Shown here in pieces: positions 44,798-55,017 of a DNA stretch of 64,000 bases. The stretch spans positions 10,817 through 74,816 of the forward strand of contig RZYM01000008.1 in NCBI GenBank assembly GCA_009930305.1, read 5' to 3'. Both the position numbers and the translations under genes were made by a program. Positions within the stretch are counted from its first letter, which is position 1; each line of letters starts with the position of its first letter. A model generated the notes under the pieces. It had not been told where the DNA came from, did not search any database, and was given only the letters and a program-made list of their open reading frames with translations. The stretch comes from Bacteroidia bacterium. GTDB lineage: Bacteria; Bacteroidota; Bacteroidia; Bacteroidales; Paludibacteraceae.

Positions 44798-47356
44798 ATG
44801 GCAACCAATCATCCTATTTTGAAAAGGATTTGTTTATTCCTACTATTATGCGCGCTTTGTAACAACATCAGCTTTTGTTATGCAGCTACTTACAAAGGCA
44901 TTGTAACTGATTCCATAACGGGTGAGCCTCTTCCATTTATCTCCATACGAATTGCCAACACCCTATATGGAGACGAAACAGACATTGATGGCGCATTTTC
45001 AATACAGGGGGAACCGGAAAATCAATTAATTTTTTCATTTTTAGGATACCAAAATAAAACTATATCCCTTAAAAGATACACAGGAAAATCAATACAGATT
45101 AAATTGGTGCCTACTGATTTTAAACTAGCTGAAGTTGAGATTACCGCAAAAAACTCCTATTCAAAAAAAAATAATCCTGCAGTAGACTTAATTCGAAGAA
45201 TTATTGCTGAAAAGAACGAGAACCGTATAGAAAATGCTGCATACTACTCTCGTAAGACATACGAGAAAACAGTATTAGGAGTAACTGACCTTTCCAGTAA
45301 AAGTACAAACGCACTAGGCATTGGAGATGTTGTAAAGAACTCAGATACGTCCATAGTTAGCGGAAAGAAAATTCTACTTCTTTCACTAAAAGAAAAGACC
45401 ATGGACCAATACTATCGTAAGACACCTAAAACCAAGAAACAAATTATTACAGGAAAACAAGAGAAAGGTATTGATGATGACGTATTTGCCGAAGGATGGC
45501 TTACAACCTACATGGATGAGCTATTCAAAGATGTAGATATCTATAATAGCAATATCTTAATCGCATTTAAGCCATTTGTTGGGCCCCTATCACCTATAGC
45601 TCCTGATTTTTATAAATTTTTCATCAAGGATACAGTAAACATTGATGGTACAAAATGCATCAATTTAGGATTTGCCCCATTTAATTCTGCTAATTTCGGA
45701 TTTATGGGATTTGTATCAGTAGACGATTCTACATTAGCAGTAAAACGCGTAAGTATAGACATTCCACCCAGTACAAACATCAATTATATTGATGGTTTAC
45801 ATATTGAACAACATTTCCAAAAGAATGAGCAAGGTACAATGGAATTAATTGACGACCAACTTACTGCTGAATTTTATATAGTAAAAGGCACTAATGGATT
45901 CTACTCACAGCGTACGCGAAATTTTTCCGACTACACATTCAATGAGCCTAATGATTCAATAATGCGCAGCTTTTCTGGTAATGAACTTACTCTTAAAGAT
46001 GCAGTAAAAAAAGATAGTACATTTTGGAATACACGTAGAACAGACACTCTCAATATAAACGAGAGTAAAATGACTGTTTTGTTAGATAAGCTCAAAAAGA
46101 ATCCTGTTGTACGCGTTGTTATGTTCGGTGCTGAAATATTAATAAAAGGTTATTTACGTACAGGCAAACCAAGCGCGTTTGATATAGGTCCTGTATATGC
46201 AATGTTCAGTTCAAATTCTATTGAAGGTTTTAGACTTCGTATTGGAGGCGAGTCAACAACAAACCTAATGCCACGCCTGTTTACGAGTGGTTATTTGGCT
46301 TTCGGATTTGGCGATAACAGAATAAAATATGATGGTACATTAGAGTATTCATTTATTGATAAAAGTTATCACGCCAGAGAGTTCCCTGTTAACTCAATTA
46401 CAATTTCAGCCACCTCAGATATACGTACATTGGGAGAATCTCCTGCAGCAACATTATCTGATAACTTATTCTATTCTATAAAGCGAATGCAAGTTACCAA
46501 TATGATGTACTATAAGCAAGCTAAATTGCAGTATACATATGAAGACTTAAGTGGATTCTCAATTAATCCTTGGATATTATATGAGCAACGTGAAGGAACC
46601 GGAAGTATCGATTTTAAACAGCGTATTTCGCAGGACTTTGAAACACCTAAATATAAAGAACTACCTTACTTATATCACAACGAAATAGGCATAAAACTAC
46701 GATATGCCCCACGTGAGAAATTTGTACAAGGTAGAATTTATCGTTTTAATCTAAAAAATCCTTATCCTGTATTTGAATTAACTCACAGAGCTAGTTTTCA
46801 GAATGTACTTGGTTCGCAATATGGCTATCAAGCAACAGAATTCAAATATCTTCAACGTTTCTTCTTATCGGCATTCGGTCGTATAGACTTAACATTTAAA
46901 GGAGGTAAAATATGGACAGGTGGTGTAGCATATCCTGACCTATTTTGTCCGAACTCAAATACATCATTTACAATAATGCAAGAGTCATTTAGTCAAGTTA
47001 ATCCTCTTGAATTTGTTGCAGATCAATATTTGTCACTCGACCTTGGCATTAGCACTAATGGTTTACTATTCAACCTAATACCAGGAATAAAAAAACTGCA
47101 GTTACGCGAAGTGTTCGGATTTAAGTGTTATTGGGGACATTTATCAAATAAAAACAACCCTATATATAACTCGTCATTGTTAGCTTTCCCGGAAAATACC
47201 GGAACACTTACAATGGAACCATATATGGAGTTTAGCGTAGGTATTGACAATATATTCAGAATATTGCGAGTAGATTACGTAAGACGAATAAACTACTTAC
47301 AGAATCCAAATATCTGGGCAAACGGTGTAAGAATATCTCTAAACTTTACCTTCTAA
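44798..47356 (+). CDS. DUF5686 + carboxypeptidase-regulatory-like domain outer-membrane protein
   Basis: 852 aa. Signal peptide and N-terminal CarboxypepD_reg pattern (YKGIVTDSITGEPLPFISIRI..TDIDGAFSI). Long beta-rich remainder ending in an aromatic residue (..SLNFTF), as in outer-membrane barrels. Confidence 0.7.
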   Translation: MATNHPILKRICLFLLLCALCNNISFCYAATYKGIVTDSITGEPLPFISIRIANTLYGDETDIDGAFSIQGEPENQLIFSFLGYQNKTISLKRYTGKSIQIKLVPTDFKLAEVEITAKNSYSKKNNPAVDLIRRIIAEKNENRIENAAYYSRKTYEKTVLGVTDLSSKSTNALGIGDVVKNSDTSIVSGKKILLLSLKEKTMDQYYRKTPKTKKQIITGKQEKGIDDDVFAEGWLTTYMDELFKDVDIYNSNILIAFKPFVGPLSPIAPDFYKFFIKDTVNIDGTKCINLGFAPFNSANFGFMGFVSVDDSTLAVKRVSIDIPPSTNINYIDGLHIEQHFQKNEQGTMELIDDQLTAEFYIVKGTNGFYSQRTRNFSDYTFNEPNDSIMRSFSGNELTLKDAVKKDSTFWNTRRTDTLNINESKMTVLLDKLKKNPVVRVVMFGAEILIKGYLRTGKPSAFDIGPVYAMFSSNSIEGFRLRIGGESTTNLMPRLFTSGYLAFGFGDNRIKYDGTLEYSFIDKSYHAREFPVNSITISATSDIRTLGESPAATLSDNLFYSIKRMQVTNMMYYKQAKLQYTYEDLSGFSINPWILYEQREGTGSIDFKQRISQDFETPKYKELPYLYHNEIGIKLRYAPREKFVQGRIYRFNLKNPYPVFELTHRASFQNVLGSQYGYQATEFKYLQRFFLSAFGRIDLTFKGGKIWTGGVAYPDLFCPNSNTSFTIMQESFSQVNPLEFVADQYLSLDLGISTNGLLFNLIPGIKKLQLREVFGFKCYWGHLSNKNNPIYNSSLLAFPENTGTLTMEPYMEFSVGIDNIFRILRVDYVRRINYLQNPNIWANGVRISLNFTF

Positions 47357-47359
47357 GAT

Positions 47360-48451
47360 TTATTTATTCAAGCTCTTCTTTTTGGAGTAATTTCTACTCA
47401 CCCACCTAGGAGCTAAAACAGCACCAATAAGTAAATAATTATAGTAAGTTAATAAACGCCATATTGCTGTGATAAGCAATAAAACAATACCCTTTGGAAT
47501 GAACTCACCTAAATAAGAATTAAACAGCACCTCTATAAATCCACTAGCACCCGGAGTTGGAGCGATTAGCATTACAACCATCAAAACCAACTGACGACCT
47601 AAAATTAAAACTTGCGTGGTAAAACTCATCAAAGTTTCGGTTGATTGATAAAATGCCATTATCAAAAAGTTTACGACTGTAAAACGTGACACCCACATCA
47701 AAACACTATAGCCTAGATTTTTCAACCAAAAGCCAATTGATTTATGTCTCATATTACGCGAGCATTCTTTTACATCAATTGCAGTTCTATATGCTTTTAT
47801 TCTCCATCTTTTAAGAATATTTAAAGAAAAAACCTTCTGAATTATCCAAGAAATAGTAGTCGGTTTGATAAAAATACCAATAAATAAAGTTACCAACCAC
47901 ACTACTTTAAATAGATATGCTAATGCAAAAACAGACAATATTGCTGCAGAAAAACTGCCTTTTACCGCGAACAACAAATCAATGGGTAATATTAACAACA
48001 AGATAGGGAATCCTACTACAAAAAACAATTCATCAAAGAATAATGAGATAATTGTAATGGCGGTACTTTTCCCAAATTTTACTCCCTCTTTATGTATGAA
48101 CAACATTTCCAAAGTAGAACCTCCTGCAGCCGATGGGGTTATAGCAGAAGTAAACTCATACAACATTCTTATTCTAAACAAAGAATGTAATGACAATTGT
48201 TTCTCTGATAAAAGGTACAAACGTCCCATTCCTGCTAAATCACGAATAACGACTGCCAATAAAGCCAAGAATAGAAACAATATAGTGTATCCATTTAAAT
48301 ATTTTTCAAATGGTATTTCTGCCTCCTTTATTTCACTAAACTCAGAACAAAACATCCACACTATTCCAACAAATCCGAACAGAATTGGCAGAATAATATG
48401 TGATGGTTTCAATCGTTTTGAAACTGATGCTTCTGTAGTTTGATTAGCCAT
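47360..48451 (-). CDS. flippase-like membrane protein (LPG_synthase_TM / UPF0104, MprF N-terminal-domain-like)
   Basis: 363 aa with about 8 TM helices. No C-terminal aminoacyl-PG synthase domain. Start overlaps the GT4 stop by 8 nt. Confidence 0.7.
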   Translation of the reverse strand: MANQTTEASVSKRLKPSHIILPILFGFVGIVWMFCSEFSEIKEAEIPFEKYLNGYTILFLFLALLAVVIRDLAGMGRLYLLSEKQLSLHSLFRIRMLYEFTSAITPSAAGGSTLEMLFIHKEGVKFGKSTAITIISLFFDELFFVVGFPILLLILPIDLLFAVKGSFSAAILSVFALAYLFKVVWLVTLFIGIFIKPTTISWIIQKVFSLNILKRWRIKAYRTAIDVKECSRNMRHKSIGFWLKNLGYSVLMWVSRFTVVNFLIMAFYQSTETLMSFTTQVLILGRQLVLMVVMLIAPTPGASGFIEVLFNSYLGEFIPKGIVLLLITAIWRLLTYYNYLLIGAVLAPRWVSRNYSKKKSLNK

Positions 48452-49616
48452 TTTGTTTTCTTGATATTAAATGACGATACCTATCTTCAACCTCCGGCAT
48501 TAATTGTTCCCAACGTAATCCGAGTGTTTGTGATGCTTTCAGTCCCACAGTATCCAAACGTTTCTTATCCAACAATATTTTTTTTACATAATCAGCATAA
48601 ACTGCAGCATCACCTTGTTTCGACAAAAAGCCGTTTACACCATTGTTTATTACTTCTGCGCTTGTTGTATTTTCAAATAAAACAGCTGGCGTATTATGTG
48701 CAGCGGCTTCGCGTAAAACTAAAGGTGAATTATCATATAACGACGGAAAGAGAAAAATGTCAGCTGCAGCATAATATACCTGCAATGCCGTTCGATCTTG
48801 CAATTGTCCTGTCATGACAACCTTATCATTTAAACCATAGCGATTTATTTTTTCTTTCAATTCGGACTCTGCGTAACCTTTGCCAACGAAAAACATTTTT
48901 ATTGGAAGATCTCTCAACAAATTAACAGCATCCAAAATATATGCAATATTCTTTTCCCAAATAATTTGTCCTACAAAAAGCAAACAAAATTCATCAGATT
49001 TAATTCCTAAAGACTTTCTCGATGTTTGTTTTAATAACGATATATCTATACCACTTAAATCATAATCTATAGCATTAGGTACAACCTCAACCTTGCCTTT
49101 ATAACCATATTCGCGCATCACATCAAGTACTGCCGGTTGTGGAATCCAAACTTCATCAGCGTATTCGTACAAACTCATTATTCGCTTTATCATTAAATCA
49201 ACCACAGTATCAGAAGGTACACTTCTACGAAAATCATCTCTAAATTTCGAATGAAATGTCATGACGAACGGAGCGTTATATTTTTTTGAAAGTTTCAATG
49301 CAATACGACCGGCTGTAAAGGGTGAATGCCCATGATATATATCTGCCTTATATTTCATAATGGGCTGAAATGGAGCCATCCAAACAGGTAGCCCAAGACG
49401 ATATGGCATACGAACCAAAACAGGAATTGATAAAAAATTACGAACGTGATATGGTTGTGAATAATCAAAAAATGGTACTTTTGCAGTTGCCACAGTTACA
49501 TCATTTCCTCTCACTTGGAGTAATCGTGCATAATTTTCAACAACTTGTGCCACTCCATCTTGAATAGGAGGAAAGCACTCATTAAACAAACCGATTTTTA
49601 ACGAAGAATTTTCCAT
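48444..49616 (-). CDS. glycosyltransferase family 4 (GT-B fold)
   Basis: Start placed at ATG 49616 (MENSSLKIGLFNECFPPIQDGVAQVV..) because a TAccTTTG element lies inside the track's 64-codon extension. C-terminal E-x7-E-like region (FPSLYDNSPLVLREAAAHNTP). Confidence 0.85.
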   Translation of the reverse strand: MENSSLKIGLFNECFPPIQDGVAQVVENYARLLQVRGNDVTVATAKVPFFDYSQPYHVRNFLSIPVLVRMPYRLGLPVWMAPFQPIMKYKADIYHGHSPFTAGRIALKLSKKYNAPFVMTFHSKFRDDFRRSVPSDTVVDLMIKRIMSLYEYADEVWIPQPAVLDVMREYGYKGKVEVVPNAIDYDLSGIDISLLKQTSRKSLGIKSDEFCLLFVGQIIWEKNIAYILDAVNLLRDLPIKMFFVGKGYAESELKEKINRYGLNDKVVMTGQLQDRTALQVYYAAADIFLFPSLYDNSPLVLREAAAHNTPAVLFENTTSAEVINNGVNGFLSKQGDAAVYADYVKKILLDKKRLDTVGLKASQTLGLRWEQLMPEVEDRYRHLISRKQNG

Positions 49617-49645
49617 TCGTACACAAATTTCGTTTTTTGTTATGC

Positions 49646-49653
49646 CAAAGGTA
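49646..49653 (-). promoter_or_regulatory. -7 element TAccTTTG for GT4 + flippase-like pair
   Basis: + strand caaaggta gives minus-strand TACCTTTG, 29 nt upstream of ATG 49616. Confidence 0.5.
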
Positions 49654-49924
49654 CATAAAGTTTCAGTTATACACAAAAAAAAATCTCCCATGCCGGCACC
49701 CCTACACGACATGAGAGAAGCACCACGAGAATGGTACTGAAAATATGTTTGTTTTTTACTTGTTTTTAAATCTCGAATCAAAGTTATTGTATATTTTCGG
49801 TACAACAATAGTACAAATGTACAAATTTACTATTTTTAAGTTTTAATTTTGATTTTTATCAAAATCAGAATCATGATTACTAAAAAAACCTATAAGTAAA
49901 CATGAATAACAAATATATTTTGGC

Positions 49925-49932
49925 TATTTTTG
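49925..49932 (+). promoter_or_regulatory. -7 element TAttTTTG for guaA
   Basis: tatttttg lies 33 nt upstream of ATG 49966. Confidence 0.5.
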
Positions 49933-49965
49933 TGCTTTAATTAAACACTCAAACAAAACTCATAT

Positions 49966-51486
49966 ATGCCGGAAAAGATTATTATTTTAGATTTCGGGTC
50001 TCAAACAACTCAACTCATTGCACGCCGCGTTCGCGAACTAAACACATATTGCGAGATACTACCATACAATAAGTACCCACAAAATGACGGCACAATAAAA
50101 GGTGTAATCTTGTCCGGCAGTCCATTTTCGGTTTACGATAAAGCAGCCTTTAAAACGGACCTGAGCCAATTTATAGGCAAATTACCTGTTTTAGGAATAT
50201 GCTATGGCGCACAATTAATTGCAGAACAATCAGGTGGATCTGTAGAACCGGCAGGTAGTCGTGAATATGGCCGTGCAAACTTTACTATGTGTAATAATGA
50301 AAAAGAATTGCTTAAAGGTATTTCAGTTGGTTCACAAGTATGGATGTCTCATGGAGATACAATAACAAGGATACCCGATAATTTCGAAATAATAGCAAGC
50401 ACTTCTGATGTAAAAATAGCTGCTTATAAAGTTAGCGAAGAAAATACATACGGAGTTCAATTTCATCCTGAAGTATTCCATTCAGCAGACGGAACACATT
50501 TACTAGACAACTTCTTGAACATCTGTGGATGCAAAAAAGATTGGTCAGCAGCCTCATTCATCGAAACAACTGTTGAAAATTTAAAGAATCAATTAGGTGA
50601 TGATAAGGTAGTTCTTGGACTGTCAGGAGGTGTTGATAGTTCAGTATCAGCCGTTTTACTTAATAAAGCTATCGGAAAAAACCTAACTTGTATCTTCGTA
50701 GACCATGGTTTGTTGCGCAAAAACGAATTTGAAAATGTATTGCGCGATTACGAAATCTTAGGTCTTAATGTAATAGGTGTAAATGCCAAAAATCGTTTCT
50801 ACAGTGAACTATCAGGAATAAAAGATCCTGAGAAAAAGCGTAAAATAATAGGTAAAGGTTTCATCGACGTATTTGATGAAGAAGCAAGAAAAATACAAAA
50901 TGTAAAGTGGTTGGCACAAGGCACTATATATCCAGATTGCATTGAATCACTATCAATAACAGGAACGACTATTAAGTCTCATCACAATGTTGGCGGACTT
51001 CCCGAGAAAATGAATCTAAAATTATGCGAGCCTTTAAGACTACTATTTAAAGATGAAGTTCGTAAAGTTGGGACTCAATTAGGTATGCCACAACACTTAA
51101 TTAAACGTCAACCATTCCCTGGACCTGGTTTAGGAGTAAGAATTCTTGGAGATATTACAGAAGAAAAAGTAAGAATTTTACAGGATGCGGATGATATTTT
51201 TATAAGAGCACTGCACGAATGGGATTTATACGATAGTGTATGGCAAGCCGGAGTAATTCTACTTCCTGTACAATCTGTAGGAGTTATGGGCGATGAACGT
51301 ACATACGAAAATGCAGTAGCACTAAGAGCCGTTACATCAATAGACGCAATGACAGCAGATTGGGCTCACCTTCCGTATGATTTTTTAGCAAAGGTATCTA
51401 ATGATATTATCAATAAAGTGAGGGGTGTTAACAGGGTAACTTATGACATATCTTCAAAGCCACCTGCAACCATAGAATGGGAGTAG
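49966..51486 (+). CDS. guaA: GMP synthase (glutamine-hydrolysing)
   Basis: 506 aa. GATase motif [11 protein letters not shown]-PPase P-loop SGGVDSS, C-terminus ..PPATIEWE. Confidence 0.95.
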   Translation: MPEKIIILDFGSQTTQLIARRVRELNTYCEILPYNKYPQNDGTIKGVILSGSPFSVYDKAAFKTDLSQFIGKLPVLGICYGAQLIAEQSGGSVEPAGSREYGRANFTMCNNEKELLKGISVGSQVWMSHGDTITRIPDNFEIIASTSDVKIAAYKVSEENTYGVQFHPEVFHSADGTHLLDNFLNICGCKKDWSAASFIETTVENLKNQLGDDKVVLGLSGGVDSSVSAVLLNKAIGKNLTCIFVDHGLLRKNEFENVLRDYEILGLNVIGVNAKNRFYSELSGIKDPEKKRKIIGKGFIDVFDEEARKIQNVKWLAQGTIYPDCIESLSITGTTIKSHHNVGGLPEKMNLKLCEPLRLLFKDEVRKVGTQLGMPQHLIKRQPFPGPGLGVRILGDITEEKVRILQDADDIFIRALHEWDLYDSVWQAGVILLPVQSVGVMGDERTYENAVALRAVTSIDAMTADWAHLPYDFLAKVSNDIINKVRGVNRVTYDISSKPPATIEWE

Positions 51487-51531
51487 TGTTTAAAAAACTT
51501 AAATAAGAAGATAACGAGTTTACTTTTGGTA

Positions 51532-51539
51532 TATCTTTG
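51532..51539 (+). promoter_or_regulatory. -7 element TAtcTTTG for the first DUF1573 gene
   Basis: tatctttg lies 38 nt upstream of ATG 51578 and overlaps the track's GTG start at 51539. Confidence 0.5.
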
Positions 51540-51577
51540 TGTCTTCAAATAGTAATTATTTTTTAAAACATAATAAT

Positions 51578-51991
51578 ATGAAAACAAAACTTTTATTCAT
51601 TAGTTTATTATTGGCAGCTACCAGTAGTTTATTTGCCCAAGATGCAACTGAAACTTTAAAGTTTAAAGAAAAAGTTCACGATTTTGGACAAATCAAAGAA
51701 GAAGGTGGAAAAGTAACAACCACCTTTGAATTTACAAATACAAGCAAAAAGCCTATTACATTAACCAACGTAACCGCTTCTTGCGGATGCACAACTCCGG
51801 AATGGACAAAAGAGCCGGTTGCTCCTAAGAAGAAAGGATTCCTTAATGTAACATACAATCCTGCAGGACGTCCAGGTAATTTCACAAAGAGTATTACTGT
51901 AAAATTCACAGAAGCTGGTAACGAAACAGCTCAAGTTGCTATTTTAAATATTAAAGGTGAAGTTATTCCAAAACCAAAAGCTGAACAATAA
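51578..51991 (+). CDS. DUF1573 domain-containing secreted protein
   Basis: Start at MKTKLLFISLLLAATSSLFAQ (signal peptide). Motifs HDFGQI and SCGCT are typical of DUF1573. Confidence 0.8.
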   Translation: MKTKLLFISLLLAATSSLFAQDATETLKFKEKVHDFGQIKEEGGKVTTTFEFTNTSKKPITLTNVTASCGCTTPEWTKEPVAPKKKGFLNVTYNPAGRPGNFTKSITVKFTEAGNETAQVAILNIKGEVIPKPKAEQ

Positions 51992-52015
51992 GCAGCAATA
52001 ACAAACACGAACTTA

Positions 52016-52052
52016 ATGCGGCAAAATTTTCATTTTGCCGCATTTGTTTTTT
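52016..52052 (+). terminator. intrinsic terminator
   Basis: 12-bp stem atgcggcaaaat/attttgccgcat with loop tttc, then ttgtttttt. The ATG that begins the track ORF 52016.. is inside this hairpin. Confidence 0.8.
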
Positions 52053-52084
52053 ATGGTATCTTTACCAATTCAAATCAAATCTTC

Positions 52085-52555
52085 ATGAAAAGAATAATAT
52101 ATTTTACAAACGTACTAATTTTACTGTCTACAATAAGTGGATTTGCGCAAATATCACTCACATTTGATAACAAAGAGTATTCATTCGAAAATTTAACAGA
52201 AACAGATACACTACTTACATATAGTTTTGTTTTTTGCAATACCGGTCAAGACTCTGCATTAATAAAGCGAGTAGAATCTTCTTGTAATGTTATTGTCAAA
52301 TATTCAAAAGAGCCGGTACAACCGGATATTAGCGGCACTATAGACATTTTATTAGATGTTTCAGAAACTATAGGGAAATTCAACAAAAGTATATACGTCT
52401 ACGGAGATACTTCCGCCATAAAATTAAGTATAACTGGTGATAGAATCGCAATACCAACATACAAAAATGAAGATTATTCTGCCATACCACCGGCAAAAAA
52501 GAAAGACAAAAAATCAACAAAAAAAAGCAATAAGAAAAAACGAGACAATCAATAA
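52085..52555 (+). CDS. divergent DUF1573-like secreted protein with poly-Lys C-terminal tail
   Basis: Start at MKRIIYFTNVLILLSTISGFAQ (signal peptide). Same length and beta pattern as the upstream paralog, but HDFG is replaced by YSFENL and CGC by SSCNV. Tail reads PPAKKKDKKSTKKSNKKKRDNQ. Confidence 0.6.
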   Translation: MKRIIYFTNVLILLSTISGFAQISLTFDNKEYSFENLTETDTLLTYSFVFCNTGQDSALIKRVESSCNVIVKYSKEPVQPDISGTIDILLDVSETIGKFNKSIYVYGDTSAIKLSITGDRIAIPTYKNEDYSAIPPAKKKDKKSTKKSNKKKRDNQ

Positions 52556-52565
52556 TTGTAAAGCT

Positions 52566-53651
52566 ATGGAACACATAGAAAACGATTCAAAATATGCAGG
52601 TTTATCAGTTAATAAGGGTATTAGCCAACCACCATCAGTTAATCCGAATTTAGCAAAAAAAGCGAAGCGTAAACTATATACAGCAGCCGAATATGTTGAT
52701 GGAATAACCAAAGGTAATATTTCTTTATTAGGACAAGCTGTTACACTTATTGAAAGTTCTAATCCTGACCATTATAAATTAGCTCAAGAAGTTATAGAAA
52801 AATGTTTACCATTATCCGGGAATTCAACTCGAATAGGAATTACAGGCGTTCCTGGTGCAGGCAAAAGTACATTTATTGAGGCTCTTGGTTTGCTATTAGT
52901 TAATAAAGGCTATAAATTAGCTGTACTTGCAATTGATCCTAGTAGTGAACGATCAAAAGGTAGTATTCTAGGAGATAAAACACGTATGGAAGAATTATCG
53001 GCAAGCAATAAAGCTTTTATTCGTCCTTCTCCATCTGCAGGCTCGTTAGGAGGAGTTGCACGCAAAACTCGTGAAACCATCGTATTATGCGAGGCTGCCG
53101 GATTTAACAAAGTTTTCGTAGAAACTGTAGGCGTTGGTCAATCAGAAACAGCTGTTCACTCTATGGTTGATTTTTTCTTGCTCCTACAAATTACGGGTGC
53201 CGGTGATGAATTACAAGGTATTAAACGTGGTATAATGGAAATGGCAGACGGCATTATTATTAATAAAGCTGAAGGGAATAATATAGAACGCGCAAAATTG
53301 GCTCAAGCACAATTTATAAATGCACTCCATTTGTTTCCTGCTCACGAGTCAGGATGGAAACCCCAAGTTTTAACATGCTCAGCCTCTCACAAAACAGGTA
53401 TTGTAGAGATTTGGAACATGATAGAAGAATATACCAAATTTACTGAAGGGAACGGATATTTTGCACACAAACGCCACTATCAAACAAAATACTGGATGTA
53501 TGAAACAATTGACGAAAAACTTAAAAGTAATTTCTATAGTAACCCAATAATTGCGGATAAGTTAGGTCAACTGGAACAACAAGTAATGAATGATGAAGTA
53601 AGTTCATTTATTGCCGCACACAAACTACTAGACGAATATTTTAGAATGTGA
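52566..53651 (+). CDS. meaB: methylmalonyl-CoA mutase-associated GTPase MeaB (ArgK family)
   Basis: Start at MEHIENDSKY.. (ATG 52566). The track's upstream extension overlaps the previous gene. P-loop GVPGAGKST, then switch and NKAE motifs. Confidence 0.88.
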   Translation: MEHIENDSKYAGLSVNKGISQPPSVNPNLAKKAKRKLYTAAEYVDGITKGNISLLGQAVTLIESSNPDHYKLAQEVIEKCLPLSGNSTRIGITGVPGAGKSTFIEALGLLLVNKGYKLAVLAIDPSSERSKGSILGDKTRMEELSASNKAFIRPSPSAGSLGGVARKTRETIVLCEAAGFNKVFVETVGVGQSETAVHSMVDFFLLLQITGAGDELQGIKRGIMEMADGIIINKAEGNNIERAKLAQAQFINALHLFPAHESGWKPQVLTCSASHKTGIVEIWNMIEEYTKFTEGNGYFAHKRHYQTKYWMYETIDEKLKSNFYSNPIIADKLGQLEQQVMNDEVSSFIAAHKLLDEYFRM

Positions 53652-53655
53652 TAAA

Positions 53656-54129
53656 TTATTCCTTATCACGTTCTACAGTAATTTGACGTCTAAAGGCTTC
53701 TCCCAAAGAAATTAAAGTTTCTGTACTTGCGATTCCTTCTATTACCTGAATCTTATCGTGGATAATGTTCAAGAAGTGTGCATTGTCTTTAGCATATATT
53801 TTTAGATACATAGCATATTTACCTGTTGTATAATGACATTCTACAATCTCAGGTATTTTCTTCAAAGCAGAAACCACACCTTCAAATGCGTTTGAATCTT
53901 TCAAAAAAAGTCCCATATATGCACATGTATGGTAACCCACCTTAACTGGGTCTATAATAAATTCAGAACCCTTAATAACCCCTTGACTTGTAAGCTTTTG
54001 AATACGCTGATGAATAGCAGCGCCTGATACATTACATTCACGTGCCACTTCCAAAAAAGGTGTTCTCGCATTTTGAGACACCAATTGAAGAATTTTTTCG
54101 TCAAGTTCGTCAAGTTGAATTTGTGCCAT
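53656..54129 (-). CDS. Lrp/AsnC family transcriptional regulator
   Basis: 157 aa. N-terminal HTH (LDELDEKILQLVSQNARTPFLEVARECNVSGAAIHQRIQKL) plus a C-terminal RAM domain. Confidence 0.88.
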   Translation of the reverse strand: MAQIQLDELDEKILQLVSQNARTPFLEVARECNVSGAAIHQRIQKLTSQGVIKGSEFIIDPVKVGYHTCAYMGLFLKDSNAFEGVVSALKKIPEIVECHYTTGKYAMYLKIYAKDNAHFLNIIHDKIQVIEGIASTETLISLGEAFRRQITVERDKE

Positions 54130-54215
54130 AATAATATAAATATATTAGTATTACAGGTATAAGTATTTTGATATATACAAAATATTCTTGATTATAAAAA
54201 CATCATAACTGTTTA

Positions 54216-54223
54216 CAAAGATA
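54216..54223 (-). promoter_or_regulatory. -7 element TAtcTTTG for the lrp-like gene
   Basis: + strand caaagata gives minus-strand TATCTTTG, 86 nt upstream of ATG 54129. Confidence 0.4.
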
Positions 54224-54274
54224 ATGATTTTCCAAAAAAAACAGTAAAAAAGATGTTAATATAGAAAAATGTAC

Positions 54275-54282
54275 TAAATTTG
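54275..54282 (+). promoter_or_regulatory. -7 element TAaaTTTG for the crp/fnr-like gene
   Basis: taaatttg lies 30 nt upstream of ATG 54313. Confidence 0.5.
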
Positions 54283-54312
54283 TGCCAAGCAACATAGTTA
54301 TATAACATTACA

Positions 54313-55014
54313 ATGGCAAAGCATCAGTCATTAAGTCCCAAAAACATTATTGAGACTTCAAACTTGTGGAATGTTCTAAATAGCGAACAACAGATCTATT
54401 TAGCACGTAATTTTCAAATTACTACCTTTAAAAAGAACGCTGTAATATATTCTGAAAATGAGCAACCAAATAGTTTACTATGCGTTATTAGTGGTAAGGT
54501 AAAAATCTACAAGGAAGGTAATGGCGGACGTAGCCAGATTGTTAGAATAATTAAACCTGAAGAATTCTTTGGGTATAGAGCATTGTTTGCCGGAGAGAAA
54601 TACGTTACTACAGCTGCTGCTTTTGAAGCATGCGTAATTTACGAAATTCCGGAATCTGTAATACTCAATCTCATTAAAAACAATGCAGATTTAGCATTTT
54701 CGTTCATACAGTTTTTGTCTATTGATTTAGGCATCTCAGATGCCCGTTCGGTTGTACTTACACAAAAGCACATTAGAGGACGTTTAGCAGAATCCTTGAT
54801 ACACATTAAGGAACATTATGGGACAGAAGAAGATGGTCAAACATTGTCGCTTAAATTATCTCGCGAGGATTTGGCTAATCTATCGAACATGACAACATCA
54901 AATGCCATCAGAACTCTGTCGTTATTTGCAACAGAGAAACTGATAGCAGTAGAAAGTCGTAAAATTAAAATTATCGACGAAGAACGCCTACGCAGAATAA
55001 GTAAGTTTGAATAA
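54313..55014 (+). CDS. Crp/Fnr family transcriptional regulator
   Basis: 233 aa. cNMP-binding beta-roll (..FFGYRALFAGEKY..) plus a C-terminal HTH (REDLANLSNMTTSNAIRTLS). No N-terminal Cys cluster, so not an Fnr-type O2 sensor. Confidence 0.85.
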   Translation: MAKHQSLSPKNIIETSNLWNVLNSEQQIYLARNFQITTFKKNAVIYSENEQPNSLLCVISGKVKIYKEGNGGRSQIVRIIKPEEFFGYRALFAGEKYVTTAAAFEACVIYEIPESVILNLIKNNADLAFSFIQFLSIDLGISDARSVVLTQKHIRGRLAESLIHIKEHYGTEEDGQTLSLKLSREDLANLSNMTTSNAIRTLSLFATEKLIAVESRKIKIIDEERLRRISKFE

Positions 55015-55017
55015 CAC

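Noticed and set aside
47865-48443. 192-aa + strand ORF
   Set aside because: It is antisense to the polytopic flippase-like gene. Its Asn/Ile/Lys-rich composition is typical of a shadow frame in AT-rich DNA, and there is no promoter element or motif.
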